A stretch of DNA of 64,000 nucleotides, from NCBI RefSeq assembly GCF_963921235.1, contig NC_086097.1:149422001-149486000 (forward strand). The letters run 5' to 3'. The DNA is from Mobula hypostoma (lineage: Eukaryota). Shown piece after piece: positions 26,037-38,223 of the stretch (the first letter of the stretch is position 1; each line of letters begins with the position of its first letter). A program made the translations under genes and the position numbers. A model generated the notes under the pieces. That model saw only the letters and a list, made by a program, of their open reading frames with translations, made no database searches and was not told the origin of the DNA.

Positions 26037-26824
26037 GTAAGTTGAAAGTAGCACAAACTCCTGCTGACCAAATCCTAATTCATGTTAAATTCTAATATTG
26101 TCCATCATCCTTTTGTTCATTGATCCGTATTTAAGAAGCTCAACAATGTGTAACAATCTGCAGTGATCTGGTGTCTCCTCATTTTAATTTCTGACAAGTT
26201 TGTGGCATTCCCAGTATTCTGGCTCTTGCATCTTTCATTAATAAATTCCACCCATGCCTTCACTCTGCAGACAAAGTTTAGGAATTCCACCTCTATTTTT
26301 GAATTAGTCTTCTGTTTCTCTTGTATTAAAGTCATTCTTGAAACCCACTATTTCGGGCAAACCTTTGGTCATTTCTTCAAATGTGACTTGGTTTCACATT
26401 TTCTCATCACCCCTTGGTTATTTTATGACATTTATGGTCTTGTAGAAATGCAATTTAAAAATTATTGTTGGACTCAGTTCTGCAAAAAGAACTTATTGAT
26501 ATAGTGGAACCTCAGTGAAATTCTTGGTAGATAGAGACATTGGAAATAAGTATCTGATACTAGCAGGAATGCCATTCGTGGTCTCACAAGCATGCGAAGA
26601 GCTTCCCCTGTTATGGGCTTACCAACTTTAAGACCTCACCATTATGATCTCTACAGCTGATCTTACGTCCTCTCAAAACCCAGGAAACCAGTCTTGAGTT
26701 AAAACTAGGACTTTGATTTCACTAGATTTATGATAAGCAGTCCTGTCCAAATGTATTTGTTATTGTAAATAGCAAACTACAGCAGAACCCAAGGGCCATC
26801 TTTCGAGCCATTGCGGTAGGTACT

Positions 26825-27385
26825 TAGAGTTATAGAGACATACACCATGGAAACAGGCTCCACGGCCGTACTGATCCATGCTGATTGTGTTGTCCTGTGA
26901 ACTAGTCTCATCTACCTGCATTTGGCCCATAGCCCTCTAAGTATCTTCAATCTATGTACTTAGCTAGATGACTTTTAAATGTTGTTAATATGACCACCAC
27001 AACTACAATTGCTGGCAGCTCATTCCAAGTAAACACCTTCCTTTGCATGAAGAAGTTGCCCCTGATGTTCCTTCTAAATCTTGCGCCTCTGATTTTAAAC
27101 ATATGTCTTCTTGCTTTTAGCATTCCCTCTGTGGGGATAAAAGGCTATGTGCTTTCACTCTGTTTATGCTCCTCATGATCCGTAGTCTGTTATGTCAACC
27201 CTGACTTTCCTATGTTCCAAGGAATAAAGTCCTCGTCTATGCATTCTCTCCTTGTAACTCAGCCCCTCCAAGTTAAGGTAACATAATTTCTTTCCACACT
27301 ATTCCTCTGTTAATAACATCTCTCCTACAGTAGAGTGACCAAAACATTACTTGATACTCTAACTGTGACTGTAATTAACTTTACA
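26825..27385 (-). mobile_element. Old CR1 3' fragment
   Basis: Similar to 24390-24930. Confidence 0.6.
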
Positions 27386-27889
27386 ACTCCTGTATTCAAT
27401 ACAATTGTTTGTTTGTGACACCTAGCTTGCTTTACATTAGAAACAAATTGATGTAGTTCTCTGAAGCTCAATTTAAGTGCTGCTGCTATTATTAACAGAC
27501 AAACATTGTGAACCAGGATTGAAATGCTAATTAATTGGTCCCTCACTGCTGTGATGTTACTTGTGCCTTGATGGCAATTTATATGCAAATTTAGGTGTTG
27601 CATATCAAAAGAGTATTTTGATCTTGGGGCCATCATGAAAAATCTCCATCTCGTTTTTACCTGGCTCTTCAACTCAAACCACAAAGGTAAAAATATGTGG
27701 ATTACTACCTGACCCATACACAAATTAGCATAGAGTAATTAAGATCAGAGTGGCTACATGGCTCAAAGTTTGATGTGGGAGGAATGATGTCAGTTGTTAA
27801 TCCACTGGCAGCGGAATTGGGGAAAGAGAGAACGGTTTCATTGTCTTTCCAAAGCAAGCTGGGTCAGTGTCCTAGCAAATCAAATAGCC

Positions 27890-28770
27890 AGGTGACACAC
27901 ACAAAGTACTGGAGGAACTCAGGAGGCCAGGCAGCATCTATGAAAAAGAGTAAACGGTCAACATTTCGGGCCGAGACTCTTTACCAGGACTGGAAAGGAA
28001 AGGAGAAGGAGTCTGACTGACTAAGAAGATGAGGGGAGGGGTGGAAGAAGTATATGGAGGCGGGTGATAGGTAAAACCAGGAGAGGAGAGCAGGTGGAGT
28101 AAAGAACTGGGAAGTTCATTGTTGAAAGAGATAAAGGGCTGGAGAAGGGGGAATCTGATAGGAGAAGATAGAAGACCATGGAAGAAAGGGAAGGGGGAGA
28201 ATACCATAGGGAGGTGATGGGCAGGTAAAAAGAGAATGTGTGAGATGGAAACAAGAATGGAGAGTGATGAAGGAGAGGAGGCGGGGGGTAATTACCAGAA
28301 TTTCGAGAAATCGATGTTCATGCCATCAGGTTGGAGGCTACCCAGATGGAATATAAGGCCTGCTGAAGGGTCTTGGCCTGAAATGTTGACTGTATTTTTT
28401 CTATAGCTGCTGCCTGGCCTGCTGAGTTCCTTCAACATTTTGTGTGTGTGTTGCTCCTCCAGTTTGAGTATGGCCTCATCATGTCATTTGAGGAGGCCAT
28501 GGACTGACATGTTGGAATGGGAAGTAGAATTGAAATCGGTGGCTACCAAAAATCCCTCTTTTTGTGGTGGACAGAGCAAAGGTACTCAATGAAGCAGTCC
28601 TCCAATCTATGTCAGGTCTCACTGATATACAGGAGGCCACACTGGGAGCACCTGATGCAGTAGATGACCCCGACAGACTCACAGGTGAAGTGTTGCCTCA
28701 CCTGAAAGGATTAGTTGGGGCCCTGAATGGTAGTGAGTGAGGTGGTGTAGGGGCAGGTCAGGCACTTTTT
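27890..28770 (-). mobile_element. Decayed Penelope-like element (GIY-YIG end plus tail), with a + strand PLE tail inserted at about 28358-28452
   Basis: Reverse complement is similar to 32670-33400, including a degenerate hammerhead (ctggtaaagagtctcggcccgaaatgttgac). Confidence 0.8.
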
Positions 28771-29036
28771 CTGGGTACTTGAGTGCTTGGGCTGCAGATG
28801 AAGCTTTTAACAGGAAGGGGTAGGGTTTTGGTGCAAGAGAATTTAAAAAGATAAAGAGAAAGATCAAAGTCACAGTGTAATACAAGAGAATGGTGTAAAA
28901 ATCACCCAAGCCTGTTAGGAAAGAGTAGCATATAAATCTTAAAGGTAATGCTGAAATTGTAGCAGCAGGGTATTAATAAAGCAATAGAAGGTTGGAATAG
29001 ATTTGTGATAAGGAAATCATGATTGACAATTGACAA

Positions 29037-29965
29037 GTGGAGGGATGGGTTAGTAAATTTGCTGATGACACAAAGGTTGAGGGTGTTGTGGATAGTGTGG
29101 AGGGTTGTCAGAGGTTACAGCGGAACATTGATAGAATGCAAAACTGGGCTGAGAAGTGGCAGATGGAGTTCAACCCAGATAAGTGTGAGGTGGTTCAATT
29201 TGGTAGGTCAAACATGATGGCAGAATATAGTATTAATGGTAAGACTCTTGGCAGTGTGGAGGATCAGAGGGATCTTGGGGTCTGAGTCCATAGGACGCTC
29301 AAAGCAGCTGCGCGGGTTGACTCTGTGGTTAAGAAGGCGTACAGTGTATTGGCCTTCATCAATCACGGAATTGAATTTAGGAGCCGAGAGGTAATGTTGC
29401 AGCTATATAGGATCCTGGTCAGACCCCACTTGGAGTACTGTGCTCAGTTCTGGTCGCCTCACTACAGGTAGGATGTGGAGGCCATAGAAAGGGTGCAGAG
29501 GAGATTTACAAGGATGTTGCCTGGATTGGGGAGCATGCCTTATAAAAACAGGTTGAGTGAACTCGGCCTTTTCTCCTTGGAGCAATGGAGGATAAGAGGT
29601 GACCTGATAGCAGTGTATAAGATGATAAGAGATGTTGATCGTGTGGATAGTCAGAGGCTTTTTCCCAGGGCTGAAATGGTTGCCACAAGAGGACACAGGT
29701 TTAAGATGCTGGGGAGTAGGTACAGAGGAGATGTCAGGGGTAAGTTTTTTACTCAGCGAGTGGTGAGTGCGTGGAATGGGCTGCCGGCTACGATGGTGGA
29801 GGCGGATACGATAGGGTCTTTTAAGAGACTTTTGGATAGGTATATGGGGCTTAGATAATTAGAGGGCTATGGGTAAGCCTAGTCATTTCTAAGGTAGGGA
29901 CATGTTTGGCACAACTTTGTGGGCCGAAGGTCCTGTATTGTGCTGTAGGTTTTCTATCTTTCTAT
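29037..29965 (+). mobile_element. Young 5'-truncated CR1 LINE
   Basis: WVSKFADDTKV...MEFNPDKC...ERVQRRFTRMLPG...FFTQRVVSAWNGLP; same subfamily as 5505-6961. Confidence 0.92.
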
Positions 29966-30019
29966 GACAAATTCATTAGAAATTTCTAGGCTGTAATTTG
30001 GAGGCACAGTATGGATCTG

Positions 30020-31075
30020 AAGAACCAATGACTGTAGCGTATCTGGATATTCAGAAAGCCTTTCGTAGATTTCAATTTAAGAGATGATTAATCAAATATG
30101 GGATTGGGATGCTAGCATAAATTGAGAACTGGTTAATGCACAGAAAAAAATGTTACAAATAAATGGGTCAGTTTGGAGCTTGTCATTATGACTCATTGGG
30201 TATCATTGACATTAGAATTGTTTACAACTTATATTTATGATTTTGGTAGATTGGACTAAGTATAATATATCTGAGTTACATGATGATACAAAGCTGAGTA
30301 GAATTATGGATTGTGATGAGAATTCAGAGAGGCTTCAATGGGACAGGGATAGGCTAAGTGAATGGGCAGAGCAAGACAGATAAATTATTAACTGGAAAAT
30401 GTGAGGAGACTCAGTTTTATATTTTAAAAAATAAAGGAATACTCTTACATAGTGAGAGGTTGAAATGTGTTGGTGTTCAGGGAGGAAGGGTGGGTGAGCA
30501 AGTGTCCTTGTAACTTTCAGGAACAAAAAATAGGAAGATAAGAGTAAAACCATCCTGATAGAGAAGTTTGCACTTAAATTATTGTGGACAGATCTGGTCT
30601 CCCAACCAAAAGAAGGATATGTCTGTGACAGAGCGAATGCACAAAGGTTCACTAGATTAATTCCGAATAGAATAGCTTATGCGCTGGGCTAATGTTAATT
30701 AAATTTTAGAAGTTTACAATCTTATTAGAATATACAGAATTTGAAGGGGCTTGATAGGAGAGATACTTGGATGATGTTTCAAGCCAGTGGTAGCTGTCTC
30801 AAAACAAAGCATTCATTCCTGACATAATAAATTTCTTCATTCAGAGCTTAGTAAAACTTCAGAATTTTCTTCCAAAGAAGGGTGTGGAGTCTCAGTTTGC
30901 TGAATATACTCAAAACAGAAATTAATAGATTATTGGGTATGAGGGAATCATATTTAGTGCAGGAAGATGGGCCTGAGATAAAAAGATTAACTTTGTTTTT
31001 ACTGAATGGCGGAACAGACATGACAGGCTGGAATTCCTTCCATTATTTCTATTCTTAAGTGTTATCTTTCTTATG
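30020..31075 (+). mobile_element. Highly decayed CR1 RT fragment
   Basis: gtatctggatattcagaaagccttt (YLDIQKAF) and gatgatacaaagctg (DDTKL), plus a CR1-like tail. Confidence 0.65.
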
Positions 31076-31170
31076 AGCTGAATTAAATTCTGTGATGTGA
31101 ACTGCTTAGGATGTTTTCTTTTATAAGCTGTTTTCACCACTTTGCTTTCTTGCCTCCTTACCTGTCACAC

Positions 31171-31395
31171 AAGGGCCGCGTGGTAGTGCAGTGGTTAGCG
31201 TGGTGCTATTACAGCTTGGGCCGCCATAGTTTGGAGTTCAATCATGGCACCCTCTGTAAGGAGTCTGTACATCCTCCCCATGGATCTGTAGGTTTCTCTG
31301 GGTGCTCTGGTTTCTTCCCACAATCAGAGGTGTGGCTCGAAGGACTGGAAGGATCTATTCCCGCTGTATCCCCAAGTGAAAATAAAGTAATATAA
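31171..31395 (+). mobile_element. tRNA-derived SINE (V-SINE/HE1-like), partial
   Basis: ggtagtgcagtggttagcgtggtgctattacagc...ggagttcaatc (A/B-box-like), followed by ctgtaaggagtctgtacatcctcccc. Confidence 0.7.
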
Positions 31396-31484
31396 CCAGG
31401 CATCGCAGTCAATGTCCACTTCTTTTTTCAGTGGCTGAGTTCAGATTATCAGCTTGACCCAGCAAATCTTCCTCTCCATCTTCC

Positions 31485-33440
31485 ATCTATTGTCTCAGCT
31501 TTCTCCTGCCCCACCGAACTCGTTTCTGCATACCTCGACACTGTTTTATCACCCCTTGTTCAATCCCTTCCGACCTATGTTCGTGACACTTCTCACGCTC
31601 TTAAACTTTTCGATGATTTTAAGTTCCCTGGCCCCCACCGCTTTATTTTCACCATGGATGTCCAGTCCTTATATACTTCCATCCCCCATCAGGAAGGTCT
31701 CAAAGCTCTACGCTTCTTTTTGGATTCCAGACCTAATCAGTTCCCCTCTACCACCACTCTGCTCCGTCTAGCGGAATTAGTCCTTACTCTTAATAATTTC
31801 TCCTTTTGCTCCTCCCATTTCCTCCAAACTAAAGGTGTAGCTATGGGCACCCGTATGGGTCCTAGCTATGCCTGCCTTTTTGTTGGGTTTGTGGAACAAT
31901 CTATGTTCCGTGCCTATTCTGGTATCTGTCCCCCACTTTTCCTTCGCTATATCGACGACTGCATTGGCGCTGCTTCCTGCACGCATGCAGAACTCGTTGA
32001 CTTTATTAACTTTGCCTCCAACTTTCACCCTGCCCTCAAGTTTACCTGGTCCAATTCCGACACCTCCCTCCCCTTTCTAGATCTTTCTGTCTCTGTCTCT
32101 GGAGACAGCTTATCCACTGATGTCTACTATAAGCCTACTGACTCTCACAGCTATCTGGACTATTCCTCTTCTCACCCTGTCTCTTGCAAAAACGCCATCC
32201 CCTTCTCGCAATTCCTCCGTCTCCGCCGCATCTGCTCTCAGGATGAGGCTTTTCATTCTAGGACGAGGGAGATATCTTCATTTTTTAAAGAAAGGGGCTT
32301 CCCTTCCTCCACTATCAACTCTGCTCTTAAACGCATCTCCTCCATTTCACGTACATCTGCTCTCACTCCATCCTCCCACCACCCCACTAGGAATAGGGTT
32401 CCCCTGGTCCTCACCTACCACCCCACCAGCCTCCGGGTCAAACATATTATTCTCCGTAACTTCCGCCACCTCCAACGGGATCCCACCACTAAGCACATCT
32501 TTCCCTCCCCCCCTCTCTCTGCATTCCGCAGGGATCGCTCCCTACACAACTCCCTTGTCCATTCGTCCCCCCCATCCCTCCCCACTGATCTCCCTCCTGG
32601 CACTTATCCGTGTAAGCGGAACAAGTGCTACACATGCCCTTACACTTCCTCCCTTACCACCATTCAGGGCCCCAAACAGTCCTTCCAGGTGAGGCATCAC
32701 TTCACCTGTGAGTCGACTGGGGTGATATACTGCGTCCGGTGCTCCCGATGTGGCCTTTTATATATTGGTGAGACCCGACGCAGACTGGGAGACCGCTTTG
32801 CTGAACATCTACGCTCTGTCCGCCAGAGAAAGCAGGATCTCCCAGTGGCCACACATTTTAATTCCACATCCCATTCCCATTCTGACATGTCTATCCACGG
32901 CCTCCTCTACTGTAAAGATGAAGCCACACTCAGGTTGGAGGAACAACACCTTATATTCCGTCTGGGTAGCCTCCAACCTGATGGCATGAACATTGACTTC
33001 TCTAACTTCCGCTAGGCCCCACCTCCCCCTCGTACCCCAGCTGTTACTCATTTTTATGCACACATTCTTTCTCTCACTCTCCTTTTTCTCCCTCTGTCCC
33101 TCTGAATATACCTCTTGCCCATCCTCTGGGTCACCCCCCCCCCCGTCTTTCTTCCCGGACCTCCTGTCCCATGATCCTCTCGTATCCCCTTTTGCCTATC
33201 ACCTGTGCAGCTCTCGGCTCTATCCCTCCCCCTCCTGTCTTCTCCTATCATTTTGCATCTCCCCCTCCCCCTCCAGCTTTCAAATTCCTTACTCACTCTT
33301 CCTTCAGTTAGTCCTGACGAAGGGTCTCGGCCTGAAACGTCGACTGCGCCTCTTCCTATAGATGCTGCTTGGCCTGCTGCGTTCACCAGCAACTTTGATG
33401 TATGTTGCTTGAATTTCCAGCATCTGCAGAATTCCTGTTG
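31485..33440 (+). mobile_element. Young 5'-truncated Penelope-like retroelement (RT plus GIY-YIG endonuclease) with 12-bp TSD
   Basis: Uninterrupted frame from about 31489 to 33015: MDVQSLYTSIP, QTKGVAMGTRMGPSYA, RYIDD, PFLD, GVIYCVRCSRCGLLYIGETRRRLGDRFAEH, G.N motif (DGMN). TSD tctccatcttcc at 31473-31484 and 33441-33452. Confidence 0.95.
33310..33345 (+). ncRNA. Minimal type I hammerhead ribozyme motif in PLE terminal repeat
   Basis: agtc-CTGACGA-agg(gtctcgg)cct-GAAA-c-GTC-gact: stem I agtc/gact, both core boxes intact, GUC triplet ending at 33341, palindromic ACGT stem III. Confidence 0.85.
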
Positions 33441-33553
33441 TCTCCATCTTCCTATCTGTTTGTGCTTTGTGTCACTTAAAAGTCTGGGGCACACACTTCT
33501 GTGTTGCCCGTTGTTAAAGTATTGCAATTAATGCATTCTTCTCCCTTTTCCAG

Positions 33554-33666
33554 GTATGACACCATGTCAGCGCTCTCAAACAAATGCAGCTCTTGCTGGA
33601 TGGAAGCTAATGGGTCCCCAGCCTAATACCACTGCCACAAATGTATTTGAACCAACTTGCAATGAG
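33554..33666 (+). CDS. TG: TG coding exon (exon 14 equivalent), 113 nt
   Basis: cttttccag|GT ATG ACA CCA TGT...AAT GAG|gtaaat; CMTPCQRSQTNAALAGWKLMGPQPNTTATNVFEPTCNE; phase 1-0. Confidence 0.92.
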
Positions 33667-34359
33667 GTAAATCTGAAATAAAATTTGACGGATAGCCACG
33701 ATTGTCATTTTTATACAGGAAGTAAGATCATTAGGAGCCACTGTTAAAATGGAAACTAATTTATAAGGAGTCTCCATTACAGAAAAAGTAATTCCTTTAC
33801 AATCCTTTTTAAAAGGATACCATCATCAAGACTGCAATTAAAGGGTGATTTATCTTTAGGCATCTCTGTGAAGGAAGGAACCTAATCATTAAGGCCTGTT
33901 TTAATAAGAGGCTACCAGCATGACCATTTTAAAGCCATTAAAATGTTTGCATTCTGTACTACATCAAAATAACCCTCGTGCATCATTATGGACCCCTTTA
34001 AGTGAAGTCCCTCTTTGTTATTCTGAATCATATTTTGTATTGAAATTAAAATTATAACTGAATTGCAATTATCATTTCTCATAAAACCATGGTTCAGAAT
34101 GGAACTTCATTTGGTCAAGTACTATAAAGGACATTAATGGTAATGCAATCCAAATATTAAACAAAGTTCAAACACTTGCATTGAATATGATGGCAAGTTG
34201 ACAAAATTAATTAAATTGATGGATACTCAATATTGGTTTTGCAATAGTGAGTGTAAAACCATTACAGCTAAAATCAGTAATTGGCAATACATAGGTGAAG
34301 TAAATGCAGATCAAAGGGAATCTTAGTGGCAGTTTTTTAAAGCCAAACCACAGATTTTA

Positions 34360-35065
34360 AGACACAAGAGACTGCAGATGCTGGATCTGGAGCAAAGACA
34401 ATCAGCTGGAGAAGCTCCAGCTCTGCAGGTTGAGCAGCATCTGTGGGAACAAAGGAATTGGCAATGTTTCAGGTCGAAACTCTACTTTGGGACAGAAGGT
34501 GGAGAGGCATGATGGTCCTTATAAAGAGGAGAAGTGGAGTGATGAGACAGGAGTCTGAGGTGACTGCTGGATGAGAAGGGGTGAAAAAAGGCAGGCAGAT
34601 TGCACCAGGTTGGGGAAGAATTGGCAGGTGAATTATAGATGGGGTCTTAGTGGTGTGTGTTGAGGGGGGGCAGTGGTGGTGGAGGGGTGAAGGAAGGAAA
34701 GCCTATGAGTGAAATGTTTTCATAGTGTGTGGATTGAACCAGGAAAGGGAGAGGGATGAGAGTCAATATGGGGTGTTGTGAGGGGTGGGTGGGAAAGGTG
34801 GCAAAAATGGGAGGCAGAGAAGGATCAGGGGTGGTGGGGAGTGCAGAGGAAAGAAACACTGGAGGGGAGGTGTTAGAAGGGGTGAACATGATCTGTTATC
34901 TGTCAGCCCTCCACAATCCATCAGTCACCTCAGAATTCTGATTTACCGTTCCCCTTGCCCTCTTTATAGTTGTCATCTTCCCTCCCCGCTCTCAATGTTG
35001 GCGCATGATTTTGACCTACAGGTGCTGCTTGACCTGCTGAAATCCTCCAGCAATTTGTCTTTTTT
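34360..35065. mobile_element. Old inverted pair of PLE-like tails with purine-rich spacer
   Basis: Left arm cacaagagactgcagatgctgga...gcagcatctgtgg; right arm ggtgctgcttgacctgctgaaatcctccagcaattt. Confidence 0.6.
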
Positions 35066-35708
35066 TTTACTAACTGTCTTTGTTACCATCATGTTACCCT
35101 AATAGGTATCATGTTATTTCAAATGATACTCAAGTTCATTCATATATACTCTATATCCCAATACCATGCCACTGTTCATCATACTCAGTAAATACCCTGA
35201 AAATTCTCACAGGAAGTACTTGGATAACAAGTAGATCAATAAGTTTGTGCATAGTTTTCTTTTGTTTTTGTCATACTGATATCAATTGAGAACACTTTCC
35301 AGCTGATTGCTGAAATTTAAATGTCTGCCAGTACTGTTCCCACATGAAACCTTCATTGTTTGCAGATAAATGTATTCCTTCTGAATAGGGTACATTGCAG
35401 TTCTTCAATGAAAAGACTCTTGTTACTTCATTATCTTAGACAGTTCCTCGCTTAATAAAAAATGTATTCATTGGAGTACATAGACCCCTAACAAAGACAC
35501 AAAATATGTTTGTTCTGAAATGAGATAATCACATTTATTGCATGAACCATGTTAATATATTGTTGTTATATAATATTATTGTTATAAATCAAGTAGGAAA
35601 CGATATACAAACACCAAATGCATTACTATCAATTTGCTTAGCAATTATACCAAAGCAAATTTCAAAATTTAGAGTGCTTCATATTTAATGCATCTGTTGC
35701 GATTGCAG

Positions 35709-35829
35709 GCGGGAGAGTACAATATCTTGCAGCAGCTGGATCCCGAGGGTGACAAAGCTTGGTGCATTCACCCTGACAGAAAGGAAGTTTTGCAAATGGC
35801 TACAATAGACTTGGATGGGAATCCACAAT
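35709..35829 (+). CDS. TG: TG coding exon (exon 15 equivalent), 121 nt
   Basis: ttgcag|GCG GGA GAG TAC...CCA CAA T|gtgagt; AGEYNILQQLDPEGDKAWCIHPDRKEVLQMATIDLDGNPQC; phase 0-1. Confidence 0.9.
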
Positions 35830-37009
35830 GTGAGTACAGTTGGTGGGACTTCGGCGAGTTTAGGGAGATAAAAGGAGATATTATTGAACATAGTTTGCTG
35901 CTGATTTGGGTTCATGTTCATTCTTATTTCTTAGCTCCTCATATCAAATGAAATGCACAATTTCACGTTTTGTTGCTTTGAACTGCCTTGTAGAGACATT
36001 TAAGTACTGGTTGCTTCTATGGCTGTGATCAGGCATTTATTGATATGATAAATGACAGACTGGATTTGCTTTCAACCACTCCTTAATATGTTAATCCCGT
36101 CAGCAATTTCTACTGAATTGTAGAATACTGCAATTTATTTGTAATATTATATGGCACTTTCTTCATCCAGTGTAGAAAACCTGGTGACTGGAGTGAGGAC
36201 ATGTATAATCAAATAAATTATCAAGTAACAACTATAGGAATTTCCACTCTGATGTACAGGGCCAAAACTCATGACCATTGCCACCAGGAAGAATAAGGAG
36301 ATCAGGCACATAGGAGCACCACCGCTTACATATTCCGCTTTAAGTCACACAGTATCTTATCTCCGGAGTATATCACTTGGTTTTCATCATCACTGGGTCT
36401 AAATCCTGGATTTCCCTCCACAGTACAGATACTGGCAGATACATTAGGGGCATTTAAGAAACTCTTAGGGTAGGCGTGTGGATGATAGAAAATGGATGAC
36501 TGTGTAGGAGTGAAAGGTCAGATTGAGTTTAGAGTAGATTAAAAGATTAATACATCATGGGCAGAAGGGCCTGTACTGTTCTATGTTAACATCAGTACCT
36601 TCAGCAGAAGTACGGCAGCAGTTTATAAAGGTGGCTAATGAACAGGGGTTGCCAATAAACACCGACCTTACTTGTGATCCCAGATCCTGAAAATAAACCT
36701 AAAAATTCTTAGTTTACACATTGCAAAACACCCCGAAAAGTAGTTAATTTTAGAATAATTGTAAATGATGATTCAAAACATTGACTCTTCATTTTGTTCC
36801 ATAGATGCTGCCTGACAAGCTGAGATTTAAAGTTTCAGGTTGATGAGCTTTTGTCAGAAGTGCCCAGCTCTGATATAAACTGAAAAAACTGGTTACATGA
36901 AATTGTGGAATTCATTGATAATTTCTGCTTGGAGTCATGTTGTGCCTTGTCAGCAGATATAAAAATCTTTCTCTGATTTTGATGCAAGAGTATAAACAGA
37001 GGCATAGCT

Positions 37010-37340
37010 AACACAATGGTACAGCTAAAGCTGCTGCCTCACAGCTCCTGTGATCTGGGTGCAATCCTGATATCTGATGTTTACTGTATTAAGTTTCTAC
37101 GTTCTTCCTCAAACTGTATTAGTTTCTTCCTGCATCCCAAATATGCAGTTGTTTAGTTAATTGTCCACTGTAAATTGCCCCTCAAATTTAGAGGAGAGTA
37201 GCAGAATTTGGGGCAATTGATGGGAGTGTAATGAAAATAAAGTAACTTTAATACAGAAGGAGCGCAAATGGTTCCTTGATGGTCTGCATGGACTCAAAGG
37301 GCTGAATGGTCTGCTTCTGTGCTGCATGAATCTAAGAGTC
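37010..37340 (+). mobile_element. Old tRNA-derived SINE (V-SINE-like)
   Basis: ctgctgcctcacagctcctgtgatctgggtgcaatcctga...cactgtaaattgcccct. Confidence 0.6.
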
Positions 37341-38223
37341 CAGTAAGGTTAGATTTTAGCCCATATCATCTCTTCTTGACTAGCTAAGGGGTATTCACCT
37401 CAGTGCATCAGTTATGACTATTGAAATAGCTATGTGCAATTAGAATAATTATGGCAAAGTGGAGTAGTTCTCTTTATATATGATGTCTTGTAAAGCTTGT
37501 TGGGGAGGAGAAATTTCAACTTCATTGCCACCTGGAGGAGGAAGAGGAATTCTTCAGAATAATTTCTGATATTGCCCACAGAATATTTTGATATAGACAA
37601 TTACTAACAATTAAAGAGTGCTGGGACATAGAATCAGTTGATGCACTATTTGATATTAGGGCTATTGAGAAGTGTTCAGAAAAAAATTGCTAACATCTTG
37701 TGTTAGAATCTACAATTTGCTGCCACAAATTCCTGTTAATACAAAATCCTGACATTATTTTAGAAGACAATTATATGATTGAGGTAGGGAAATAGTAAAC
37801 ATATTTGGATGAATCCAGCTCTAACTAGATTCAAGAAACACAAATATAATTAGGACAAATCTCCTATTTGATTAATATAACCCTAAGCATCCATTCTCTC
37901 CATTTTCCAAGCCCATTGTGGCATCAATGTGTATCTTTTCCGAAATATACTGCAGTCTCTCATGCAGACAGCTCCATTACCGTCTGCAGAACTATGGCAT
38001 CTACAAAGAAGGATAAAGGCAGAGTTACATAAAAGAACCTCTAGCTCAAGCGCAAACAACAGCTTTACAGACTTAGAAAGTTATAACCATTCCTCATTGT
38101 TGCTGGACCTAAACTCAGGAACATTAGCCCCATTAACATTCTGGTAGTACTGTCATCAGATGAACAGCAACAGTTCAAGATGGTTCACTATCCATTCTTA
38201 AGGGAAATTTTAGATGAACAATA

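Noticed and set aside
31654..33015. 453-aa ORF as a nested or domesticated host gene
   Set aside because: It is a 5'-truncated PLE RT/GIY-YIG with a TSD and a near-identical tail copy elsewhere. Intactness is explained by young age, and the ATG is internal to the RT.
34620..34900. G-rich tract as a functional G-quadruplex element
   Set aside because: It lies within a decayed PLE purine-rich terminal region and the G-runs are irregular, with no independent evidence of function.
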